The notes beneath the pieces are model-generated. The model had not been told where the DNA came from. It did not search any database and worked only from the letters and a program-made list of their open reading frames with translations. Below, piece by piece: positions 54,071 to 63,395 of a DNA stretch of 64,000 bases. Both the position numbers and the translations under genes were made by a program. Within the stretch, counting starts at the first letter, position 1; every line of letters starts with the position of its first letter. Source of the DNA: a virus (lineage: Duplodnaviria > Caudoviricetes); the IMG/VR virus record IMGVR_UViG_3300002307_000018, positions 128,001-192,000 of that record, one strand, 5' to 3'.

Positions 54071-56125
54071 TTACTTGCTTGTGGCTCTGTATACACCGTC
54101 CCAATCTTTGGGCAGCACTTGAGTTTTCATCTCTTCACAGCGTTCACGCCATGCTTCATAATAATCATTCATCTTACCGTCAAACTCGCCCTGTAAGTTA
54201 TCACATAGTGTAATACAGTGATCGAACTCTTGCTTGCGATATGCAACCAACATTTCATTGTGTTCTTGTTGTCCACGTGTCCAATCATTAGTGGCTTCAT
54301 CTAGTCTAGACAGCACAGTATAGATGTTGACACCAACTTTCTTTCCCTTGACTGCTATACAATCAAGCTCTAGTACAAAGTATTCGTCCATTATCTGTCT
54401 AGCAGTTTGTGAACCCAGTACGATTTTGACACCATACGGTTTGCTTTGCCCTTCAAGTCTGGCAGCAAGATTGACGCCATCACCAAGACAAGTGTAATCA
54501 AATCGCTGACTACTCCCCATATTACCCACAACAACGGTATCAGTGTTGATCCCAAGACCCATACCAAAAGCCGGTACACCTTCTGCGACAACTTCTTTGT
54601 TAAACTCATCTAAACTTCCCATCATTTGTAGTGCTGTACGTACTGCGTTCTTGGCATGATTGCTATCATCAAGCGGAGCATTCCAAAATGCCATCTGAGC
54701 ATCACCGATATACTTGTCTAGTGTGCCCTCGTTCTCAATAATCTTAGCAGTCATAGCAGTCATGTATCTGTTCATGATCTTGGTTAGACTCTGCACATCT
54801 TTGCCATAGTGCTCACTGATAGCAGTGAACCCACGAACGTCAGTAAACATGATCGACAGTTCACGACTTTCACCACCTAGTACAAGTAGTTCAGGGTTCT
54901 TCTGTAGTTTCTCAACCATAGCAGGTGACAAGTAAGTACCAAACTGTTTCTTTATCTGTTGCTTTTGTAAGAACTCACTTACGAACTTAACAACATAAGC
55001 ATGGAAAAGAACCAGAACAAGACCAACGCAGATAGCAGTACTATCCAAGAGCCAACTATAAGAAGAAAACAAATATATACTACCACCGGCAGCGCCAGCA
55101 ACAAAAACAATACCACCGATAATGCCGACATAAGTCCACCTTGTTAAGAAAAGTAATATGATACCACCAACTGCTAGTATCACGAGTTCTAAACCATCCG
55201 CATAGTCTGGTCTAGTAATATTTACACCGTTTGCTAGTGTACCAATAACTGTTGCTTGTACATAATGTGGGAACTGTGCGCCTAATGACGTAGGAACGGG
55301 GTTAGAGATACCAGCGGCAGTTGGCCCAACAATAACAATGGCGCCATCTAATTTTTGGGGTAATGTTAGTATACTAACACTTTGTGGTTGCTGTGACCAG
55401 TCAATCCAAATGCGACCTAGATTATCAGTGGTGATGGGTCCAAACTTTGGGATACGCATTCGCTCGACGCCATTCTCATTTAACTTTACCTGAAATGTTG
55501 AGTCGCCGACGGCAACACGTAGGGTTTCCATTGCTAAACTAGGATACAGATTGCCTTCAATAGAGGCGATAAGCGGAAGTCTACGATTAACGCCGTCTAT
55601 TTCCGGTAGTGTGTTGACTGTTCCGATACCGGCGGCACTGTCTTCTAGTTTAGGAACGTTTGCGATAATGCCTGGATAGTTGATGATACGATCCAGATAA
55701 TTACTGTTGATAACAGCCGAGCCTGGTTTGCGTGGTTGATTCTTTGTCCGGTCCGATGGCACGTTGACTAACACAACAGGAAACTCTTCCATTGTTTTTG
55801 CTAGTTTACTATCGCCGCACTGTCTATCTGTTTCACTCATCATTACGTTAAGCACGACGAGTCCAGCGCCTCGGCTGTACAGATCACGAATGATATCGGC
55901 ATATACCGTGCGATTGAGAGGCCACTGACCATACTTATCTAGTGTTGCTTCATCAATGTTAGCAGAAAATATGTTTAGTGGCTTGGGTGCTTGTGCGGTA
56001 ATCAGTTGATCAAAATAACGCAGACGAACCGATTCTACGAATTGATAATCGGCGACACGAATGCCTATGATTAGTGCTAGTGTAAGCAACGCAGTCCATG
56101 GTGATAGTAATATTCGTTTGAGCAT
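54071..56125 (-). CDS. CHASE2-domain class III adenylate/guanylate cyclase
   Basis: CHASE2 region, 3 TMs, MFTDVRGFT, KYIGD, GDGVNLAARLE and VKGK motifs. Confidence 0.92.
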   Translation of the reverse strand: MLKRILLSPWTALLTLALIIGIRVADYQFVESVRLRYFDQLITAQAPKPLNIFSANIDEATLDKYGQWPLNRTVYADIIRDLYSRGAGLVVLNVMMSETDRQCGDSKLAKTMEEFPVVLVNVPSDRTKNQPRKPGSAVINSNYLDRIINYPGIIANVPKLEDSAAGIGTVNTLPEIDGVNRRLPLIASIEGNLYPSLAMETLRVAVGDSTFQVKLNENGVERMRIPKFGPITTDNLGRIWIDWSQQPQSVSILTLPQKLDGAIVIVGPTAAGISNPVPTSLGAQFPHYVQATVIGTLANGVNITRPDYADGLELVILAVGGIILLFLTRWTYVGIIGGIVFVAGAAGGSIYLFSSYSWLLDSTAICVGLVLVLFHAYVVKFVSEFLQKQQIKKQFGTYLSPAMVEKLQKNPELLVLGGESRELSIMFTDVRGFTAISEHYGKDVQSLTKIMNRYMTAMTAKIIENEGTLDKYIGDAQMAFWNAPLDDSNHAKNAVRTALQMMGSLDEFNKEVVAEGVPAFGMGLGINTDTVVVGNMGSSQRFDYTCLGDGVNLAARLEGQSKPYGVKIVLGSQTARQIMDEYFVLELDCIAVKGKKVGVNIYTVLSRLDEATNDWTRGQQEHNEMLVAYRKQEFDHCITLCDNLQGEFDGKMNDYYEAWRERCEEMKTQVLPKDWDGVYRATSK

Positions 56126-56135
56126 TTAGTATTTA

Positions 56136-56912
56136 TTATTGTCTGACGGTAACAGTCCCGCATGCCGTGTAACAGGTTTGAGTGATTGAATAGTTCTTGC
56201 CGCCACTCTGATATAAATCAACGCTAGCGGGAGCACCGGCATTGACAAGAGTGATTGTGGCAGTGTTGGCGGTTGGACCACCCTGATTCACTGTAGCACT
56301 ATTGCCATTACCTGACATATTAACTATAAGTTGATGCTGACCCGTTCCTGTCTGTGTAGTAGTTAGTGTGTTGAGATTGCCTGTTATACTAGCATATAGT
56401 TGTTTTTGACCATCATTGTTTTGTACAATACCAACCGTGTTTGAGTTTCCAGTCACTCCTAATTCTAAGAAATGACCCCCGCCGCCGCTATTAGTTTGAC
56501 TAGTAGTGATAGAGTTGTTGAACCCGTTAATGTTGACTAGTTGAAAGTTATTACCGCCACTTACACCAGCGGGGTCACTGCCATTGACAAGATACAGATT
56601 ATTACTGCCACCTGTTACACTTAAATCAATCTCGTTCTTACCACCATTACCGGTGCCTTGTTTGATGCTGATATAGTTGTTGCCGTCTTGTATTTTAGCA
56701 AATTGTTCATTGATGCCACCTATTAAATTTCTGTCGCCTATTTGACTGATACCCACAACATCACCGTTGCCGGACTGACGTATATAAATGCCGTTATTGA
56801 ATATGGAGTTACTCGCAAAGTTTGTGACATCACCTTGCCCACCTGAAGTGATAGTAGACTGTGCCCACACACCTTCACACACTAACAACAGAACGAGTAT
56901 AAGTTTTTTCAT
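56136..56912 (-). CDS. Curlin-repeat protein (CsgA/CsgB-like)
   Basis: Signal peptide; repeated x-Q-x-G-x-x-N units. Confidence 0.7.
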   Translation of the reverse strand: MKKLILVLLLVCEGVWAQSTITSGGQGDVTNFASNSIFNNGIYIRQSGNGDVVGISQIGDRNLIGGINEQFAKIQDGNNYISIKQGTGNGGKNEIDLSVTGGSNNLYLVNGSDPAGVSGGNNFQLVNINGFNNSITTSQTNSGGGGHFLELGVTGNSNTVGIVQNNDGQKQLYASITGNLNTLTTTQTGTGQHQLIVNMSGNGNSATVNQGGPTANTATITLVNAGAPASVDLYQSGGKNYSITQTCYTACGTVTVRQ

Positions 56913-58048
56913 TAGTTTTGCTTGGTCACTATGGTTGTATTGTTGCCCTGATTTACACGATTTATAACAGTAGTACTGCCCTGTGTAATAGTGATTGTAC
57001 TGTGCTGAGTTTTAGGAGTAGAGATGCAGCTATTGTTAGCGGACGAATCGGGACGACATAACTGTAGTTCTACAGTGTCCATGATAGCAACAACGCCAGA
57101 TGATTTTTTGTAGTCGGGTAATATCTGCTCATTCTTTTGCGGCGCTATTAAGTTGCCAAATGTAATAGACAACTCTTCATTTGATAGCTGTAAGATGTTT
57201 GCTAAGAACTCATTGTCTAAGAAGTTACGGGCCAGTTGACTGGTAAGAATAGCACTGTTTTGTGCAGCTAACACATTGCCTAGATCAACGGGTCCTAAAA
57301 AGTTTTGTGAGAGTGCTGTTGTAGCTTCTTCACGTTCGCCACGTTGATCACGGATAGCCCGTTTGATTTCTTGAGGCGGAGATAATATCAGCATATTATT
57401 GATAGCGTCTTCGTTGAGTTTAAGAGTGACAGGCTTAGTAGGCGGAATATTTCTACTAGTAACGCTTGTTGCTTGAAATGCTACATCAAGGGTAACCGTG
57501 CCTGCATCGTTCTTGACATCTATTACACCTGTCTTACACTGCTTTTCGATTTCATCAGGCAGCATATTTTTTCGTGGACAACTAGGCAATAAAATAATAG
57601 TGCTGCCGCCTAATTCGTCCACAGTTGCGGTAAAATCCGTGCCGCGCACAGCAACAGTAGCAGTGGGAGTGTTAACAGCAACACTAGCAGGATTAGTTTT
57701 TGCAATTTGTCCACTAGCATAACGTACAGTTCCTTGTGCCATGTTAAGAGCAAGTTTGCCAACCTTTTTGTTAGGGTCGTACACAAAGTCATCAATGACG
57801 AGTTTGCTGCCTTCGTTGACCTGTACCTTTGTGTCATCTACGAATACGATACCAACTTTACCCCTGCGGGTGTTGATCTCGTCCTCCATCTCCACGCTCG
57901 TTCCCTTGCTGCCCGCCACCATCGTCTTCTTGCGTTGTATCTGGGCAGGAGAGTCCACGTGCTCTGTTATTGTCCCTACTGATGCGGCGATGCTGCTCTG
58001 CGATGTACTCAGCAAGAGTACCGATAGTATTGCCGTCCATATCTTCAT
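56912..58048 (-). CDS. FecR-domain protein with curlin-like C-terminal tail
   Basis: F.DDTKV.....S.L..DDF.Y, TPTA...VRGTDF; ends ITITQG...VNQGNN...TKQN. Confidence 0.78.
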   Translation of the reverse strand: MKIWTAILSVLLLSTSQSSIAASVGTITEHVDSPAQIQRKKTMVAGSKGTSVEMEDEINTRRGKVGIVFVDDTKVQVNEGSKLVIDDFVYDPNKKVGKLALNMAQGTVRYASGQIAKTNPASVAVNTPTATVAVRGTDFTATVDELGGSTIILLPSCPRKNMLPDEIEKQCKTGVIDVKNDAGTVTLDVAFQATSVTSRNIPPTKPVTLKLNEDAINNMLILSPPQEIKRAIRDQRGEREEATTALSQNFLGPVDLGNVLAAQNSAILTSQLARNFLDNEFLANILQLSNEELSITFGNLIAPQKNEQILPDYKKSSGVVAIMDTVELQLCRPDSSANNSCISTPKTQHSTITITQGSTTVINRVNQGNNTTIVTKQN

Positions 58049-58057
58049 TTATTCCTC

Positions 58058-58960
58058 TTAGTGACTACGCTGTGTAATAGACCAAGTGTTGCTGCTACCG
58101 CTCGACTGAATGTTAGTGATGTTGTTAGCTGATACTGCTGACTGGACAACACCGATTGTATTGTTGCTGCCAGTTAAACCTAGAACAAGAGTGTTATCAT
58201 AACTACCGGTCTGAGAGACTGTAACACCGTTACCACTCCCGGTAAGACTCCCACTTACGGTGGTGCCTGTAGCATTGTAACCACCGACTGTGATTTGATT
58301 GCCCAGTGTGCCGCCTGTTTGTGTCAGGTCAAACGTGTTGCTAGCGCCAGTTGATGCTAGTGTTAGTGTAGCATTAAGTGCTGCTGTGGTAGAGTTACCT
58401 TGAACCAGGGTCAGGCTGTTACTAGCACCACCGTTCATTGTAATTGTACTGGTGTTGTTAGTACCATTGACTGTAGCAACTACCGAGTTAGAGGCACCAC
58501 CCGCTGTTGTAGCAGTAAAGTTGTTGTTAGTGCCCAACATGTTTAGATTCAAGTTAGCAGTATTACCAGTTTGATTGACTGCGACATTGTTACTTGCTGA
58601 AGTGCCACTACCCGCATTGTTACTGTTGATGACCGCTGTTGCGTTGTTACCTGTTACGTTGTAGGTGTAGTTGTTACCCGTTAGACCACTAGCAACAGTT
58701 GTGCGGATGCCTAGTTCAAGTGTATTACCTGTACCCACTTGATTGACTGTAAGTGTGTTTGCAGTACCAGTGACAACGGCAGGAGTAGTGTTAGATGTAC
58801 CAACACCCTGAATACCCTCGATAGTGTTACCAGCGCCGTCCTGTGTCATGGTGATAGTAGAGTTACTACCACTTTGATTTAAGTAGATGCTGTTATCTGC
58901 TGCCCGTACCGACACGCCAACAAGTAGTAGGGCTAGTGTTAGATAGGTTAGTTTGTTCAT
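58058..58960 (-). CDS. Curlin-repeat protein (major subunit-like)
   Basis: Signal peptide; many Q-x-G-x-x-N repeats, Asn/Thr/Gly-rich. Confidence 0.72.
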   Translation of the reverse strand: MNKLTYLTLALLLVGVSVRAADNSIYLNQSGSNSTITMTQDGAGNTIEGIQGVGTSNTTPAVVTGTANTLTVNQVGTGNTLELGIRTTVASGLTGNNYTYNVTGNNATAVINSNNAGSGTSASNNVAVNQTGNTANLNLNMLGTNNNFTATTAGGASNSVVATVNGTNNTSTITMNGGASNSLTLVQGNSTTAALNATLTLASTGASNTFDLTQTGGTLGNQITVGGYNATGTTVSGSLTGSGNGVTVSQTGSYDNTLVLGLTGSNNTIGVVQSAVSANNITNIQSSGSSNTWSITQRSH

Positions 58961-58989
58961 GATTTTATTGCCTTTGACCTCATGGGTCG

Positions 58990-59958
58990 TTATTTTACTG
59001 CGCCAGTACGTGCAGCAACATCAGCAGGCGTGTCGATTGTCTTAGACATGCCAACTGGAATATTGGCATTGCCACTAGCCTTAGGGTTTGGTGTGGCTGC
59101 CTCTATTTTTTCTCTGTAATCCCATACACGGCGGCGTTCACCTTCCTTGATCAGTTCAACTACTGCGCTCTCAATTGTACTCTTGAGTGCTAGTGTAGTT
59201 GCCTCATTGATGACCATGCCAGTCTCTGCTTGGAAAATGCCAGCAGTAGGTGAGTTTGAGCCTGTGTTGTTTGCTAACACTTGACTTAGTATGCTAGTGC
59301 CGCCACGTGGGTCTACGCTTTTAAATACTGCGATAGTATCAGTAGTTGAGTAAACAATCTTTGTGACTGTTACTGCGGCTAGAATCTTGCCGGTGTTTAC
59401 ACTAATCGCACGTAGGGATACTGTTACAACATCTTTACTATATTGGGTTGTAGGACCAATTCCCAAGAAATTGTAGCCACTGCCACCAGACTCCATGCCC
59501 GTGTCAAAGCCAATGATGCCGCCCTCTAGAATGATACCAGCGAATGCTAGTGGCATTAACTTCTGAGCATCTTTGCCCTCGTATGCTTGACGCATTTGTG
59601 TAATGATCAATCTTTCTTTTGTTAGAGAGTCAATGTTACCACGCTCGACAACTTCAAACCATTGACCGTGACCCACGTCCTGTAGCGCACGAATAAGCAG
59701 TGCATCTGCGCCCTGTGTGACAGCAGTAGAGAATGATGCAATGCCTGGCACCTGTTTGCGCTGACCTGTCTTGTCTGCAAAACTGTACACGGCAACAGTC
59801 AGACGACCACGTGCAGGTGGTGGCACTTCATCTAGTTCCTGCTGCATGGAATTCTTAGCAGTTTGTGGCTTGTGTTCAACATCTACAGTTTGTCCTGCCC
59901 GTTGTGACAGGGAACAACCGCCTAACACGAGTAGGAGTGATAGTAGAAGTACACGCAT
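58990..59958 (-). CDS. csgG: Curli secretion channel CsgG
   Basis: LGGC lipobox; VAVYSFADKTGQRK, FSTAVTQG, WFEVVER and EGGIIGFD motifs. Confidence 0.9.
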   Translation of the reverse strand: MRVLLLSLLLVLGGCSLSQRAGQTVDVEHKPQTAKNSMQQELDEVPPPARGRLTVAVYSFADKTGQRKQVPGIASFSTAVTQGADALLIRALQDVGHGQWFEVVERGNIDSLTKERLIITQMRQAYEGKDAQKLMPLAFAGIILEGGIIGFDTGMESGGSGYNFLGIGPTTQYSKDVVTVSLRAISVNTGKILAAVTVTKIVYSTTDTIAVFKSVDPRGGTSILSQVLANNTGSNSPTAGIFQAETGMVINEATTLALKSTIESAVVELIKEGERRRVWDYREKIEAATPNPKASGNANIPVGMSKTIDTPADVAARTGAVK

Positions 59959-60434
59959 TATGGTTTCACTCCTGTGATGTTGAATGAACCAAGCGGCACT
60001 GTAATGTTAGTTGAGTTGCCTACATTGTCTACTACCTGCAATTGTATTGAGGTGCCATTGTTGGCCCAGAATATTGTGTTGCCTTGAAAGTCCATGCTAC
60101 CCGATGTTTTCTCGCCGCCTGCAAACATGGCAGTTGCCAAGTTCTGTGAAATTTGTGCGTAGATACGACTTTGTAGATTTGTCAGGAATTGATTGATTGG
60201 ATTATTAGCGGCGTCTGCTTTTGCTTGTGCTTTGGCTGCCTCTAATGCTTGAAGTATAGCTTGCTGACGCTGATACTGTTGATTTTCTAGGGCGATTTGA
60301 AAGGCACCGTAGCCGACGCCATTTAATGACGGACTCTTAAACTGATAGTCAGCAATTGGTGTTGCGGATGATGTAGAAAAGAGGAGGTATGACACTATCG
60401 ACAGTGACAAACCCCGAAGAATACTGTGGTTCAT
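59958..60434 (-). CDS. csgF: Curli assembly protein CsgF-like
   Basis: YQFKSPS..G.G, FLTNLQSRIYAQ; directly upstream of csgG. Confidence 0.75.
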   Translation of the reverse strand: MNHSILRGLSLSIVSYLLFSTSSATPIADYQFKSPSLNGVGYGAFQIALENQQYQRQQAILQALEAAKAQAKADAANNPINQFLTNLQSRIYAQISQNLATAMFAGGEKTSGSMDFQGNTIFWANNGTSIQLQVVDNVGNSTNITVPLGSFNITGVKP

Positions 60435-60521
60435 ACTTGCTCCCGACTCGTGGTCGATGTTGTTATTATAATCTTACTAAGTATTTAGAGCTAGTGTTTA
60501 CGAGGATATCTGCTACTATAT

Positions 60522-60986
60522 CTAGTGTGATTCCACCTCTACCCATGTGTGATCGCCCAACCAACGTACAGCCACAATATACTCATAGTGTTCAGGTACG
60601 CCACTTGACCATCCTGTGGGTCCCATGCCGCATAGTATAAGTTCGTTCTTGCGGTGATCTTGTGCTAGCCAGTATGTGTTACCGTGTGCTATTTGAAACT
60701 CATACTTGGCACTGTGTACCATGTCAGTCAAGTCTAGTCTACGCTTGATGCCGGCTGCTTGCTTTTGTAGTACCTCGATCAGCTCCATTATTCTGTTGTA
60801 CTCTTGCTCGGCGTGTAGTCGTGCAACGTTCAGCATAATGTCTTTCTGCTTGGTCACGGGAACTAGGTCGAAACTGACACTTCCCGATTCCGTTGGATAG
60901 GGTGTTACATTACGATTGAAAAAAGCCACACTAGTATTACCTAGTGTGGCATCAAAACTGTTTCTTCCTTTGGCTACATTTGTCAT
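60522..60986 (-). CDS. DUF2452-like hypothetical protein
   Basis: G.TYWL...P.GW...V.WLGDHTW pattern (recalled). Confidence 0.5.
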   Translation of the reverse strand: MTNVAKGRNSFDATLGNTSVAFFNRNVTPYPTESGSVSFDLVPVTKQKDIMLNVARLHAEQEYNRIMELIEVLQKQAAGIKRRLDLTDMVHSAKYEFQIAHGNTYWLAQDHRKNELILCGMGPTGWSSGVPEHYEYIVAVRWLGDHTWVEVESH

Positions 60987-61837
60987 CAGTTATTTATAAA
61001 TTCAGCCATGACTTCTTTTACTTTTCCTCTGGAAGTTCCTTTACTTGCTATACTTCGAGTGACATTGATTTCATGAATAATTGAATCTTTATAAATCTCT
61101 CTTGTAAATGGAGTATCATGATTTGAAATGACAATTTTTTTGACCGTGTTGATATGCTGTTTACATAATTCTACCAGCATTTTTTGATGTTCATCTGTAA
61201 AAGTTCCTGCGCTATAGCTCACTACATCCTGTTTGTCAGTCATCGGAACATATGGAGGGTCACAATATATTGCATCTCCGGGACGAATCAAATTGAAACA
61301 TTCTGTAAAATCAATATGTTTGAATTCTGCGTTTACTGATTTCGCATGAAAGTTTTCGATTTCGTTCTTGGGATAATATGGAATAGTTTTTGTCTTGGCA
61401 TATGGAACATTGAAATTTCCACTCTTATTGTATCTACACAGTCCATTGAATGCGTGTTTATTCAAATATAAAAATATAGCACTTCTTAGAATTTCTCCCT
61501 GAGAAGTAGAATTGAACAAACTGCGTAATTCGTAATAACTTGTTTCATTGGTAAATTTACCAGAAAAGAAATCATCAAGCAGAATTATCAATTCTGTTTT
61601 TGTTATCGGATCTTTGATATGATTGAACAGATTTATTAAGTCTGCGTTTGTATCGCAAAGTAAATATGATTTATAGTTTGTTCCTAAAAAAACAGAACCG
61701 GAACCAGCAAATGGTTCAACTAGTCTATCGCATTCTCCAATCACTTCTGAAATTTTGGAAGCGAGTTTAGATTTTCCACCCGCCCATTTTAGAAATGATT
61801 TGGTTGTTTTTTTAGATGATGTAGTATTCGTGATCAA
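60986..61837 (-). CDS. dam: Dam-family DNA adenine methyltransferase (likely TTG start at 61837)
   Basis: FLKWAGGK, EPFAGSG, YLNKHAFNGL.RYN and DPPY motifs; AGGA before TTG. Confidence 0.9.
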   Translation of the reverse strand: MITNTTSSKKTTKSFLKWAGGKSKLASKISEVIGECDRLVEPFAGSGSVFLGTNYKSYLLCDTNADLINLFNHIKDPITKTELIILLDDFFSGKFTNETSYYELRSLFNSTSQGEILRSAIFLYLNKHAFNGLCRYNKSGNFNVPYAKTKTIPYYPKNEIENFHAKSVNAEFKHIDFTECFNLIRPGDAIYCDPPYVPMTDKQDVVSYSAGTFTDEHQKMLVELCKQHINTVKKIVISNHDTPFTREIYKDSIIHEINVTRSIASKGTSRGKVKEVMAEFINN

Positions 61838-61847
61838 AATTTTTATC

Positions 61848-62456
61848 CTATTTTGTAAAGTAATCTTTCGGGACTCCGAAATAATACGAGCATTCAACGG
61901 ATTCAATGTAATTGAAAACGTCTGCATATAACTCTTTGTTTTTTTCAAAAAACGAACTTAAAATAAAAGAGTAGGTGATCTGCGCTCCAATTATATTCCC
62001 TAATTTTTCATATTGTTTTTTCTTGAAATCACAAGTTTGAAGTTTTTCGTCTACAGAACCTGCTCCGTTTTGATATTTTTTCTCAAAAACATGCAGCGTT
62101 TTTGAGTTATGATTGAAAATTGCTTCATCGGGTTCTAGTCCTTTTGAAAGAATTCCGTCACTCTTTGCTTTTTTCCCGGCTCCAGTTTTACTGACAATGA
62201 TTCCGTGTTCTTCTAAGAACCAAGAATTGATTCCACCCTTAGTAATGTGAGTAAACTTTTCATTATTTTTTGTCAATTCAATAACTGTTGATATTAACTT
62301 TTTCTTGTCGCTTTTCTTTTGTGGAATAGTAACATAGTATTTATGTTGAGTGTAGTCTGCAAACAAATTTAAAATGGATTCCTTTCCCTCGAACGGCAAT
62401 CCATTTCCGTTAGTTCCGGCGCCGCCTGCTCCTTGATTTCTTTTTTGCTCAGTCAT
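61848..62456 (-). CDS. PD-(D/E)xK nuclease, candidate restriction endonuclease
   Basis: EPDEA...FEKKYQ..GSVDEK; adjacent to MTase; AT-rich. Confidence 0.6.
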   Translation of the reverse strand: MTEQKRNQGAGGAGTNGNGLPFEGKESILNLFADYTQHKYYVTIPQKKSDKKKLISTVIELTKNNEKFTHITKGGINSWFLEEHGIIVSKTGAGKKAKSDGILSKGLEPDEAIFNHNSKTLHVFEKKYQNGAGSVDEKLQTCDFKKKQYEKLGNIIGAQITYSFILSSFFEKNKELYADVFNYIESVECSYYFGVPKDYFTK

Positions 62457-62467
62457 AATTTTTCCTA

Positions 62468-62845
62468 TTAGTGTAACGTTCTGCCGACACTCGCCGCAAT
62501 CTCAGCGGTGATATCCTGATCGTCAAGTGTATCCATGAAGTCATTCCAATCAATCTGAGTAACGATTTTTCCCTTATGATCTAAGAGATTGCCGTGTGCT
62601 GACAGTTCACTACCGTTGAAGAATCCAATTTCATAAAGAGTATTGATCTTGTGATGCAATTCACCGAGACTGTCTCCTTGAATATACGTGTCTAGTATGA
62701 ACCCCTTTGCCGACTTTTTCTTAGTTTCAAATCGTTTGACAAAGTGAAATGCTACTGTGTAAATATTATCTTCTGATCGAATGGCATCAGCAACAATCAT
62801 TTCAAAATCAGTTACGCTTAACTGCGGAAATTTCTTGAGGTTCAT
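62468..62845 (-). CDS. Hypothetical protein
   Basis: ORF with AGGA RBS. Confidence 0.55.
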   Translation of the reverse strand: MNLKKFPQLSVTDFEMIVADAIRSEDNIYTVAFHFVKRFETKKKSAKGFILDTYIQGDSLGELHHKINTLYEIGFFNGSELSAHGNLLDHKGKIVTQIDWNDFMDTLDDQDITAEIAASVGRTLH

Positions 62846-62854
62846 ACAGGTTCC

Positions 62855-63319
62855 TTAGATTGAAAATGCGGATTCACGTGAGAAATATTCTCGTTCTGCG
62901 TCTTTACTGCGATTCAGCGCTGCGTGTAGTTGGCGAGTTGAAACGTCATGATCACGATAGCCATTGATCAAACAGTTCCAGTAGCTTTCTCCCGGTGGCG
63001 CCTCGTGGCTTCCCGGTTGCATGAAATAAACCCATGCGGCATAAATTGTGTTCTTGCACTGTACAGACACAATCTTGCGATCATAGTATACAGGGTAAGA
63101 TTCAAGTCGATCTAGACTTGCCAAACACGTGTCAGTTAGTTCCCATAGTACGCCCACGGTCTTTGCACCCAGTTTTGGAACAACGTCAGCGTGATACGCA
63201 AAACGAAAATCCCAGTCGTAAAGTGCGGCGGCGCCAAGACTAACAGCAGCGGGGCATCGTGTTGCCATTGAGGCAACGTTTGTGTTAAGGCCGTAGCCAA
63301 AGTAAAAATGTTTGTTCAT
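62855..63319 (-). CDS. Gamma-glutamylcyclotransferase (AIG2-like)
   Basis: YFGYG.N....M..RCP, GVLW and LDRLE..P..Y motifs. Confidence 0.82.
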   Translation of the reverse strand: MNKHFYFGYGLNTNVASMATRCPAAVSLGAAALYDWDFRFAYHADVVPKLGAKTVGVLWELTDTCLASLDRLESYPVYYDRKIVSVQCKNTIYAAWVYFMQPGSHEAPPGESYWNCLINGYRDHDVSTRQLHAALNRSKDAEREYFSRESAFSI

Positions 63320-63362
63320 AATTCTCTTAAAAGTTTAGAGTAGAACATTCTACTCTAAATGT

Positions 63363-63391
63363 ATTATAACATAAGTTTGATTTAACGTCAA
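63363..63391 (-). promoter_or_regulatory. sigma70-type promoter followed by 12-bp inverted repeat (63334..63359)
   Basis: TTGACG-17-TATAAT. Confidence 0.75.
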
Positions 63392-63395
63392 GTTT

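Noticed and set aside
61838-61948. N-terminal extension of Dam given by the ORF track
   Set aside because: It overlaps the upstream nuclease gene, and an AGGA-preceded TTG at 61837 gives a normal-length Dam.
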